From the NCBI GenBank assembly GCA_963422375.2, contig OY729428.2, positions 2,304,001 through 2,368,000 on the forward strand: 64,000 nucleotides of DNA. Direction: 5' to 3'. This stretch comes from Bryobacterales bacterium (GTDB lineage: Bacteria > Acidobacteriota > Terriglobia > Bryobacterales > UBA6623). The notes beneath the pieces were generated by a model, which saw only the letters and a list, made by a program, of their open reading frames with translations, had not been told where the DNA came from and did no database searches. Position numbers and translations under genes: made by a program. This document shows positions 9,999-19,146 of this stretch, one piece after another (the stretch's first letter is position 1; each line of letters begins with the position of its first letter).

Positions 9999-10734
9999 GC
10001 GGCTCGCGACGGAAGTCTGCCCTTTGTCCGAAGCGGCTGGGAGTGCGCTCCGGGGAGCGGATTACGGCACAAGACGGGTCCGTTTCCGTCGTTGACCGTC
10101 AATCCGACCCACGGCCCGACCTGCTACCGGGCCGTCGAGATCTCGCGGAGGAACAACTGGCAGCGTGTCGGAACCCGACGCCTCCGTTGATTCGCGAGTC
10201 GCTACTCGCTCAGTTCTAGCCTTCGCGAAACCTACAGCCGGGGGCATCCTTGGCTGGAATGCGGAAGTCTTGGAGCAGGATAGTCGGCAGGTTACCGAAG
10301 TCCGCAGGCTGGATCTCGTGCTTCGGCCCCTAGCTCGGCCTGTGCGTGTAAGTCGGGATTCGGAGCGCGCCGCCCTATTGGACGCCGGACAGGAACTCCA
10401 ACGCGAGGACGACAATCAGCAGCACGCTGATCATCGTGCGCACAGGACACAGAAGACCCGCGACCTGCTCGGCAGCTTTGGTGCCAAGCTTGTCCGGGCT
10501 AGCCGGTCACTGAGTCAAGACAGCGAACTAGGCAATCGGCAGGTCCCTCGGCTTGCAGCGCCCGAGGTCGACGGCCCGGCGCGTCGCCGAGCATAAGACC
10601 TTGAACATGCCGCAACAGTCCGACTGGACGATGGCTGTTCTTTCCGATTGGGAATTATATATCTGAGTGCCGAGGGAATCAAGTCGGCAAATTATCAATC
10701 CATAATAAGATCTCATATTTCTTCCGACTTTCCG

Positions 10735-10764
10735 TTGACATTCTGTGGTGTTTCTTGGTATAAT
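10735..10764 (+). promoter_or_regulatory. sigma70 promoter of IS1595 transposase
   Basis: TTGACA-N18-TATAAT with extended TG. Copy 2 has TTGACA-N18-TAGAAT at 28727-28756. Confidence 0.8.
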
Positions 10765-10787
10765 AGTTTCAGTCTTAGATACCGTAA

Positions 10788-11720
10788 ATGAAGAAAAAGT
10801 CCACGGAAAGTGGTTCCGTAAAGGCATCACCTTGATCGAAGTGATTGCCATGTTCCCCGATGACGAATCCGCGGAAAAGTGGTTCGCCTCCGTGCGCTGG
10901 CCGGACGGTCCGGCATGCCCCCGCTGCCGCGGCTCCAGCGTGCAGTCCGGCGCGGCCCACCCTTCGATGCCGTACCGTTGCCGCGGTGCGGCAAGCGCTT
11001 TTCCGTGCGCACCGGCAGCGTGATGGCCGACACCAAGCTCGGCTACCGCACCTGGGCCGTGGCCCTGTTCCTGCTGACCACCGGCATCAAGGGCGTCTCG
11101 AGCATGAAGCTGCACCGCGATCCGGGCATCAGCCGGAAGTCGGCCTGGCACCTCGCGCACCGCATCCGCGCGTGCCGGGAGCGGGATCAGGGCCTGTTCG
11201 CCGGCCCGGTGGAGGTGGACGAGACCTGCGTCGGCGGCAAGGAGCGCAACAAGCACGAGAGCAAGAAGGCCCGCGCCGGGCGCGGGCCCGTCGGCAAGAC
11301 GCCCGTGGCGGGGGCGCGCGACCGCGCCACGAACGCAGTGGCCGCGCGGCCGCTGCCGGGCACCGCCAAGGGCGACCTGCAGGGCTTCGCGCGCGCCCGC
11401 GTCGCGCCGGGGGCGCAGGTCCGCTCCGACCAGGCGGCGGCCTACGCCGGCATGGAGGAGTTCCCGCACGAAGCCGTCAGGCACTCCGGCGGCGAGTACG
11501 TGCTCGGGGCAGCGCATACGAACGGCATCGAATCGTTTTGGTCCCTGTTCAAGCGCGGCCTCTACGGAACCTATCACCGGATGAGCGTCCGTCATCTCGG
11601 CCGCTACCTCACGGAGTTCGCGGGACGGCGCAACGACCGCGACTGCGACACGGCGGAACGGATGCGGCGCATGGCGCGGGGCCTGGTCGGCCGGACGCTG
11701 ACCTACCGGCAGCTGACCGG
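10788..11720 (+). pseudogene. IS1595 transposase, frameshifted
   Basis: Zn ribbon, VEVDET, HTNGIESFWSLFKRG. Single-base losses near 10800 and 10986 relative to copy 2. Confidence 0.9.
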
Positions 11721-12661
11721 CAAGGCCGCGGTCGCGGCCCGAGCGGCGCCCTCCGAGCCGAGCGCCGCAGCCCGCTGCCGACGCACTCTTCACGCTCGGT
11801 GCGCTTCACGCTCGGTGCGCGGGGCGCGCCGGATCTGGAATCCCCCGGCGCGACCCGCGTCCGGCCCGGACCGTCCATGCAGGCCCTCGAGCGCCGGGGA
11901 TCCGCTGTCTTCGGCCCTCGCAGGGCACGCAATCGGCTTGCAAAGGGTGCCCTCCACCGCCAACCGGATTCCACCGGGCATGCGAGGGCGCCTCTCTTAT
12001 CCGTGCCTCGTCCATTCCGCTGGCAGGCTCGATTCAGATACGATCCCACCTTGCCGTGCCTACCGCGGCCGCATTCGAATGACCCCAGCCAGACGCCGAC
12101 CTCCCTGCTCACAGCAGTTCTCGTCGGACATGGCGTTGTCAGCACTCAGATATATAATTCCCTTACACAGAGCGTAAGGGCTTCTCCGAGGGTTCGCACC
12201 GTGTAGCCTACATTTTGTGGCTCGCTAAGATACGTGCCTATATGGAGGATAGGATGCTGGAATCACCATTGACGCACTGGGTAGTTTCACAAGTAGCTTC
12301 CGGAACCGGCCGAATGCCGCCCGTCTCATCTGTCTTGTTAGGGCATTGAGGCGGGTCCACTCGGCTGGAGCCCTCATCCTATCCGTCGAATCGACACGGC
12401 CGGGCCGAGCGACCGGCAGCTTCGCATGCACCGCACCTCCCCGACCAGTTACTTGTCCGTCTTGTCCAAGCAGACGACCGGCCGCCGCTCGCAGTACGGC
12501 CGGGCATAGCATTCCCGACCTAGAGACGGTGCGACGCGAGATCCCCATTCGGGAAACGGACCGGAACACGCGCCAGTCGAAGATCGACTCGCACTTCACC
12601 ACGGACGACGATCGAACCAGGCTGAGACGCCCTTCTCCGTGGAGATAGGGGTTACAACGTA

Positions 12662-15600
12662 CTAGAAAGGTTGGGCCCCAATTGAGCCCTCGAGAAAACC
12701 GAGGTAACTCGGTGCCCTCACACGTTCGAGCTCCGTCCGGGCCCGTGCCGCCCTTGCGACCAGCCCCAGCCGTCCCGAGACTTCGCCCGTCGAGTCCAGC
12801 GCCCGTGTGTCGGCGATGTGCCCGATCACCAGACGCGCTCGCCTGACCGCTCGGGACTGGGCCGCCACGAGACGCTCCCTGTACCAATCGCTTGCCAGCA
12901 CGGTCTCGCGAGTGAACTGATCTCGGAACTCGGGACTGGCCGCGGTCATGCCGTCGCAGCTACCGAAGGCCATGATCGCCAGCAGGACCCGCACCGGAGG
13001 GCAGACGGCCTCCGCGGACCCGTCCTCGAAATACATCCGAGCTGTCCTTGCATGCGCGTCGGTGATGTAGCGCACGCCGTCGGCAAACGCCGACGGATCC
13101 TGCGTCTCCGGGCGCAGGATCGGCTCGTCGAACACCATCGTGGGATTGTCGAAGACTCGCGCGACGAAGCGCCGGACGAACGGCGCATTGATGCGGTAGC
13201 CGAGTCGGCTCGCAAGCACCGGGCCGCCCGGATCCTCGAAATCCTCGAGCCGCTCCAGCAGCCCCTCCGCGATCAGCAACTGCGGGTCCCGCTCCTCCGG
13301 GCTCATCCGGCACCAAATCTCGGGAACGAGCAAGCTGATGTCGTGCATCATCTTCACTCCCGGGCCGATGTGACCGGCCGCTGTCGAGAATCCGCTGAGA
13401 CCCGTCAGCGCGTAGGAGAGGAACGCAGCGTTCAGGTCGGCGGCCGGCCTGAGCGCGTTGAACGGCCCCTTGGTGAGAGCTCCCTCGCTTCCGAATCCCG
13501 TGGTCGACGGGCTCTTCCCTGTCAGGGACGCGATGAAGTCCATGAGCAGTTCCGGGAGCTCCTGGTAGTGGATCGGGTTGTAGACCGCCAGACCGCGAAT
13601 GCCGGCCGCCTTGTCGGGCGGGTTGTTGCGTCGACCCACCAGCACGGAATTCACCGGCAGATGAGCCGGCTGGCCCGCGGGGATTCCCCGGAACAGCCGG
13701 ACGCCCATTTCGGCGGCATGGCGGTCGATCGGCGAGGCGATGTCCGGGCGGTCCTGCAGGTAGCGCGGGTTCTTCGTGGGCACGCCGCCGACGAGCCTGG
13801 GATTGGCGGAGCAGACCGCGAAACGGGCCTCCGACTCGCCCACGTCGGTCAGGAACCGGCGCATGGGCGCGGTGAAGTGCTCGAAGTCCGCCACCTTCTG
13901 GGTCATCTCGCGGACCTGGGAAATCCCGAGCGGCTCGAAGTTCGACAGGAACACTCCGCCTCTCGCGAGGTCCGCCTCGGTCTGCTTGTCGAGCCCCCGA
14001 TAGATCGCGTCGTCGGGACGCTGGAACAGGCGGAACTCGCAGTTCTCCGCGAACTTCACGCTGGGCGGCGCGTTGCGAGCCAAGCCCGTCAGGTGCCTGG
14101 AGGGCACGACTCGGGAGGCACTGATGTCGTCCTCGGTCTGGATCTTCTCGGCGGACACGAAGTCCTGGCGACACTTGAAGGTCCTCCAAGCGCTGTCTCC
14201 GATCAGCCCAACGCGCAGATACGTCCCGACCAGCCTGCGGCCCCTGTGCTTGAGCTCGTGGCCAAGCTGACCGTTCGAGATGTCGACTTGGAACTTCTCC
14301 CGCCACTTGCCGCCCCATTCCGGCTTGTAAAAGCGCTTGATGACGAGCACGAGCGAATAGACGTGGTTCGGCATCCGGGCCAGCCACTTGTTGAATTCCG
14401 GGGTGTAGCCGCTCGACGGCGTAAGGAGCTTGATGACGCTGCCCAAGGAGCGGGAACTGCTCAGGATCGGTCGGCTGGGACGCTCGTCGTAGATCGCGCG
14501 GATCGGCGAGTCGGCGGGCCACCGGTCCCGGTAGTCCCGGTCGAAAATCTCCTGCACGGCGTCCAGGTCGCTCTCGATGTCCGAGACGAAGACCGGGCCG
14601 TACAGCATGTAGTCGCGGAGCGACTTGCTGATCTCGCTCTTGCCCCCTCCGCTAACCGTGCAGGGCTTGTGGCAGAACACGCCTTCCGGAATCGTGCCGC
14701 GAAGCCTCCACGACGGTGCGGCCGGGTGCTTCTCGATGCGGATGCGGTACCCGGACGGGGCCATGTAGATCTTGCCGGGAACGAGCGGCAGCGAATGCTC
14801 CGTGCCGTGCTTGATCCAGCGGATGTCCTGCGTCCGCAAGCTGACCGCCGCGTCTTCCGAGATGTAGAAGAGGTCGCCGAAGCGGCGGTCGCGGCCGTAG
14901 CCCTCCGGGAAGAGCTCGATGGTTTCGGGGTGATGGCGGGCGACATCCTCCAAGCTTAGGGAGTTGTACTTGCGCGAGTTGAAGCGGAATTCCTCTCCGA
15001 GGTTGTAGCTCGGGAATGCGATGGCGCCTCCCGCATGCTCCTCTTCCGCGTTCCCGAGCAGGTTTGCCGCGTAGCTGATCTGGGTCTTGACTTCCTTCTT
15101 GCAGTAGCCGAAGTAGTTGTCGGCGATCAGCGTCACCATAACTCCGTCGGTCGTGCGGCAGGTTAGCTTGAACGGGCTGCCCTCGTTGTACGGCTCCGAC
15201 TCCGTCCTCCAGCACATCCCGTCACGCCTCTGGCGGTCGGTCGCCTCGTCGAAGTGTGGCAGTCCCACATCCTTCTTGCGCACCCGCTCCAGATGCGGGG
15301 CGAGGATGACTGCCCCCGTGTGGCCGCTCCACCCCTCGACGTCTAGGCCGGCGTCATTCTCGGGCAGGTACGGGTCGCCGGCATTGCCGAAGATCGATTC
15401 GACGAAGTCGAGGTTGCTGACGAGACCGCCGGGCGCGAAGAAGCGCGTCTCCATGCGCCTGGCCGGGGAGAATCCCGGCACCTCCGGCGTGACAAGAGGG
15501 CGCAGCAGCACGGACACGAAGCAGCGAGCGGCCGGATCGAACGGCAGGCCGAGGGCCTCGGGAGGCGGGCTGAGGGCGGTTCGCAGCAATTTCGCGAACG

Positions 15601-16099
15601 TCCGCTTGGGCACGGCCTTCTTGTCCCCCGGGATCGGCAGGCCTCCCTCGGCGACGTGGAACGTTCCCTTGGTGGTGCGGCGATCGTAGCGCGGATTGTG
15701 CAGCACGCCGTTGGCGACACGATAGGACCGGACGTACTCGGAGACGTACTCGTCCCCGTCGTCCGGCAGGGACAGCTCGCGAGCCATGCCGTGGCGGTCG
15801 AGGACCAGAGTCCGACCGGGCAGCCACCGCGCCTCGCCCAGGTCGACGTCTGCGAAGTGCTTGGACAAGAATTGCTCGATCCTTTGATCGGCGCCGCAGC
15901 GGTGATCGAGGAGCAGGCGCGCCTGCTCGCGGTAGCTCGCCAACAGGCCGTCGGCCTGCTCGGCGAGCTCGCCGCCGTCGGGCGCAAGGCCGCTGGCGTA
16001 GAGACGGAGCCGAACGTACTGACGGAGACTTCGCCGGTATTCGGCTTGCGTGCCTGCATCTGCGTCCCGGTCGTATCCGTAGGCTCGTTTCAAATCCAT
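12662..16099 (-). CDS. Probable PPi-dependent phosphoenolpyruvate carboxykinase (PEP carboxytransphosphorylase)
   Basis: 1145 aa. DRRTTKGTFHVAEGG, NYFGYCKKEVKTQIS, EEEHAGGA, CHKPCTVSGGGKSEISKS, GKSPSTTG.GSEGALTKGPFNAL. Confidence 0.85.
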   Translation of the reverse strand: MDLKRAYGYDRDADAGTQAEYRRSLRQYVRLRLYASGLAPDGGELAEQADGLLASYREQARLLLDHRCGADQRIEQFLSKHFADVDLGEARWLPGRTLVLDRHGMARELSLPDDGDEYVSEYVRSYRVANGVLHNPRYDRRTTKGTFHVAEGGLPIPGDKKAVPKRTFAKLLRTALSPPPEALGLPFDPAARCFVSVLLRPLVTPEVPGFSPARRMETRFFAPGGLVSNLDFVESIFGNAGDPYLPENDAGLDVEGWSGHTGAVILAPHLERVRKKDVGLPHFDEATDRQRRDGMCWRTESEPYNEGSPFKLTCRTTDGVMVTLIADNYFGYCKKEVKTQISYAANLLGNAEEEHAGGAIAFPSYNLGEEFRFNSRKYNSLSLEDVARHHPETIELFPEGYGRDRRFGDLFYISEDAAVSLRTQDIRWIKHGTEHSLPLVPGKIYMAPSGYRIRIEKHPAAPSWRLRGTIPEGVFCHKPCTVSGGGKSEISKSLRDYMLYGPVFVSDIESDLDAVQEIFDRDYRDRWPADSPIRAIYDERPSRPILSSSRSLGSVIKLLTPSSGYTPEFNKWLARMPNHVYSLVLVIKRFYKPEWGGKWREKFQVDISNGQLGHELKHRGRRLVGTYLRVGLIGDSAWRTFKCRQDFVSAEKIQTEDDISASRVVPSRHLTGLARNAPPSVKFAENCEFRLFQRPDDAIYRGLDKQTEADLARGGVFLSNFEPLGISQVREMTQKVADFEHFTAPMRRFLTDVGESEARFAVCSANPRLVGGVPTKNPRYLQDRPDIASPIDRHAAEMGVRLFRGIPAGQPAHLPVNSVLVGRRNNPPDKAAGIRGLAVYNPIHYQELPELLMDFIASLTGKSPSTTGFGSEGALTKGPFNALRPAADLNAAFLSYALTGLSGFSTAAGHIGPGVKMMHDISLLVPEIWCRMSPEERDPQLLIAEGLLERLEDFEDPGGPVLASRLGYRINAPFVRRFVARVFDNPTMVFDEPILRPETQDPSAFADGVRYITDAHARTARMYFEDGSAEAVCPPVRVLLAIMAFGSCDGMTAASPEFRDQFTRETVLASDWYRERLVAAQSRAVRRARLVIGHIADTRALDSTGEVSGRLGLVARAARARTELERVRAPSYLGFLEGSIGAQPF

Positions 16100-16401
16100 G
16101 GTTCACTCCGTGGGCTGAAGGGGCCCGCTCACGCGGCAACCCAGATGCCGCGCTTCGCGCTCCGGCGGGCCGCTACGCCCGCCGGGCAGAGACGAGGCTG
16201 GCGGGTCTTCAACGCCTGCGGCAGGGAGACCGGATGCGGACCGCAGCCACGACGGGATGCCCGCGGTGGATGCCCGCGGTGACGTTGCGCGGCTCCCGGC
16301 CTAGCCGCGAGCCACACTCCCATCGTACTCGCTTGGCACCCTGCGCTAGGAATTGCTAGGCAGGCACTCGTCGCCCGCCGCCCCCCGGAGCCAGGTCGGC
16401 C

Positions 16402-17502
16402 TCAGCCACCGTGCTGCCGATGGTGGCCGCGCGCCTTCAGCCGGATGCGGTACAGGCTCTGATCGACGGTCACGTAGAGCACGTTGCTGTCCTCGCCGAG
16501 ACCGAACTCCACGTTGCTTGGCAGGCCCGAGGGATTCTCGGGGGGCTTCTCCAGCCCCTCGATCTCCTTCTGCGTGAAGGGTGTCTCCTCGGCCTCCACT
16601 CCTTTGGAGGTAGGCAGGAACCCCACTTCCGAGCCGTCCGGGGCAAGTACCAGGATTCCGGGCTTGGAAGGCTCGCGGACCGTGAGATACACGTTGCCGC
16701 GCTCGTCGACCGTCATCCCGTCGCAACCGAACTCGGGTCCGAAATCGTGGAAGACGGTCCGGGGCCCGCTGACCAGCCCGTCGCTGCCGAGCGGGAAGGC
16801 GTAGATCCGCATCGGGCCGCGATTGCCGGGCTCCACCCCGGGCATGCCGTCGCTGCCGTTGTTGGTCTCGGCGACATACAGGATCTTGCCGTCGGGGCTG
16901 AGCGCGATCCCGTTGGGCTTGGTGACGTCGCGCGTAACTTCGACCACTTGGCCGTCGGGTGTTGTCCGATACACCGCCCGCCATTCGAGCTCGCGCGGCT
17001 CGTGGCCCGTGTAGCGCGGATCCGTGAAGTAGAAATTGCCTTCGCTATCGACGCAGATGTCGTTGGGAGAATTGAACTTCCTGCCCTCGAAGCGGTCAAC
17101 CACCAGGGCTCGCTCGCCCGTCCGCACATTCCACTTGGAAATCCTGCGGCCGCCGTGATCCGCCCCTTCCGCCGCGAATAGAAAGCCATCCGCGCCGAAG
17201 ATCAGGCCGTTGGACTTGTGGCTGTTTTCCGCGAATGTCGTGACCTGCCCGCCCGCGGGGTCGAATCGGTGGATCCTGCCGCGATGCTCGCCGCGCAGGA
17301 TGTCGGAGAAGTAGATCGAGCCGTCCGGCGCGACGGCGGGGCCCTCCGTCAGGCCGCCCCTTTCCGTCTCGGGCCGCGTGTAGAGAATCTCGAACCTAGC
17401 GCCCGGGTCAACGATCGTGTCCCCGGAGGGCGCCGGGAGGTCGAGCTGCCCGAAAGCCGCGACCGGCAGCTGGGACGCGAGCAAGATTCGGCGCAGCAGC
17501 AC
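16402..17502 (-). CDS. SMP-30/gluconolactonase/LRE family protein
   Basis: TEGP, SNGL, FNSPND, PNGIALSPDG, CDGMTVD. GTG start after GAGG. Confidence 0.9.
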   Translation of the reverse strand: MLLRRILLASQLPVAAFGQLDLPAPSGDTIVDPGARFEILYTRPETERGGLTEGPAVAPDGSIYFSDILRGEHRGRIHRFDPAGGQVTTFAENSHKSNGLIFGADGFLFAAEGADHGGRRISKWNVRTGERALVVDRFEGRKFNSPNDICVDSEGNFYFTDPRYTGHEPRELEWRAVYRTTPDGQVVEVTRDVTKPNGIALSPDGKILYVAETNNGSDGMPGVEPGNRGPMRIYAFPLGSDGLVSGPRTVFHDFGPEFGCDGMTVDERGNVYLTVREPSKPGILVLAPDGSEVGFLPTSKGVEAEETPFTQKEIEGLEKPPENPSGLPSNVEFGLGEDSNVLYVTVDQSLYRIRLKARGHHRQHGG

Positions 17503-17506
17503 GGCG

Positions 17507-18655
17507 TTACCTCGTGTAGAACTTGTAGACCGTGGAGGTCGAATAGGTCTCCCCGGGCCGCAGCACAGTGGACGGGAAGTCGGGCTGGTTCGGCGAGTCC
17601 GGGAAGTGCTGCGTCTCGAGACAGAACCCGCTCCGATGCTCGTAGGCCACGCCGCCCTTCCCGAGGTGGTGGCCGTCCAAGAAGTTCCCGCTGTAGAATT
17701 GGATGCCCGGCTCCTCCGTGCGCACGTCCATCGTCCGGCCCGTCGACGGGTCATGGACCGTCGCGGCCAGCGCCAGACCCTCCGCTTCGCGGCCCACCAC
17801 GTAGTTGTGGTCGTAGCCCGCGCCGAACCCGAGCTGCTCGTTCTCGTCTTCGATCCGCGCTCCGATCGGCGTCGCCTCGCGGAAATCGAGCGGCGTGCCA
17901 TCGACCGCTGCCAGTTCGCCGGTCGGAATCAGATTCTCGTCAATCGGCGTGAAACGGTCCGCGTTGATCGACATCTCGTGCTGGAGGATCGAGCTTTCCC
18001 CGCCGTCCTTGAGGTTGAAGTAGGAGTGGTTGGTGAGATTCAAGACGGTGGGCTTGTCCGTGCGCGCCTCGTACCGGATGCGCAGCTCGTTGTCGTCGGT
18101 CCACGTGTAGGTGACCTTCGCTTCCAGCTGGCCGGGATACCCTTCCTCGCCGTCCGCGCTCGTGTAGGCGAACTCCACGCTGTCCCCGGACGCTGCGGGC
18201 GTCCCCTCCCAGACCACCTTGTCGAAGCCCTTGTTGCCGCCGTGGAGGGAGTTCGGCGGGTTGTTGACCGGGAGCTGGTAGGCCGTTCCATCGATCTCGA
18301 AACGCCCCTCGGCAATGCGGTTCGCATAGCGGCCGGTGATCGCGCCGAAATACGGGGTGTCGGCGACGTACGACTCGAGGTTGTCGTATCCGAGCACGAC
18401 GTCACCGAGGCTGCCGTTCCGATCCGGCACATTCAGGCTGACGACGATGCCGCCGTACTCGGTGATACTCACTTGGGCCCCGGTATCGTTGGTCAGGATG
18501 AACAGCTTGACGGGCCTCCCGTCGACCGCGCCGAAATCGGCGGTCTCGAGCGCGCGCAGTCCCGGAGCCTCGGTCTCGGCCGGGCCGCACGACAACGCGG
18601 CGAGACCGAGGCACAGGGCCGCGGCCCCAGTGCTAGGCAGGATTGTGAGCTTCAT
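17507..18655 (-). CDS. galM: Aldose 1-epimerase (mutarotase) with lipoprotein signal
   Basis: GRYANRI, LHGG..GF, NLTNHSYFNL, GYDHN, FCLETQHFPDSPN. Lipobox LAALSC. Confidence 0.95.
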   Translation of the reverse strand: MKLTILPSTGAAALCLGLAALSCGPAETEAPGLRALETADFGAVDGRPVKLFILTNDTGAQVSITEYGGIVVSLNVPDRNGSLGDVVLGYDNLESYVADTPYFGAITGRYANRIAEGRFEIDGTAYQLPVNNPPNSLHGGNKGFDKVVWEGTPAASGDSVEFAYTSADGEEGYPGQLEAKVTYTWTDDNELRIRYEARTDKPTVLNLTNHSYFNLKDGGESSILQHEMSINADRFTPIDENLIPTGELAAVDGTPLDFREATPIGARIEDENEQLGFGAGYDHNYVVGREAEGLALAATVHDPSTGRTMDVRTEEPGIQFYSGNFLDGHHLGKGGVAYEHRSGFCLETQHFPDSPNQPDFPSTVLRPGETYSTSTVYKFYTR

Positions 18656-18818
18656 GCTGGACTTCCCTTCGCCTTCCAGTGTAGTGCCGGGCGGATCGGA
18701 CGAAGCACGAGGACGCCGGCTTCCCGGGCGACCGCGCCGCCATTGCCCTCGTCGGCGCAAGGCGAGAAATAGAAGGTCCGGTCGCCGTCACGCCTCCGCT
18801 CGCTGTCCGCGCCGGACG

Positions 18819-19142
18819 TCACTGGATGCGGCGGAGCGGAATGTATGCGCCGTTCTCGAATCGGTCGAAGACGCGGTCGAGCGCGGGATGGACGACCGGC
18901 TCCGGGTTCGGATCCCTAGCGAGATTGCGCTCGGCGACGTAGGTCGCGTGGCCAGCGCCATGCACGAGCACGCGGTACCAAGGCCGGTCCTTGGGCGGTC
19001 GGCTCCGGGCGACCTCTTCATACCATTGCTCGCTAAGGCTGAACCAGGGATCCACGTCGTACACGACGCCCCGATACCCGAACATGACGTGCCGGACCAC
19101 CTCTCCGATCGCGAACCGAGCCTGCGTGCCCCCTTCCTCCAT
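18819..19142 (-). CDS. hspQ: Heat shock protein HspQ (YccV-like)
   Basis: FAIGEVVRH.MFGYRGVVYDVDP, PWYRVLV, YVAERNL. Confidence 0.92.
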   Translation of the reverse strand: MEEGGTQARFAIGEVVRHVMFGYRGVVYDVDPWFSLSEQWYEEVARSRPPKDRPWYRVLVHGAGHATYVAERNLARDPNPEPVVHPALDRVFDRFENGAYIPLRRIQ

Positions 19143-19146
19143 GGCG

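Larger units (their letters stand above)
10650..12162 (+). mobile_element. IS1595-family element, type A, copy 1 (no matching TSD)
   Basis: TIRs GGGAATTATATATCTGAGTGC / GCACTCAGATATATAATTCCC. Flanks TTCCGATT and TTACACAG differ. Confidence 0.95.

Noticed and set aside
12818..14959. 713-aa plus-strand ORF (and similar long ORFs at 23985, 20029, 17417)
   Set aside because: Antisense shadows of real genes, typical of high-GC DNA, with no motifs.
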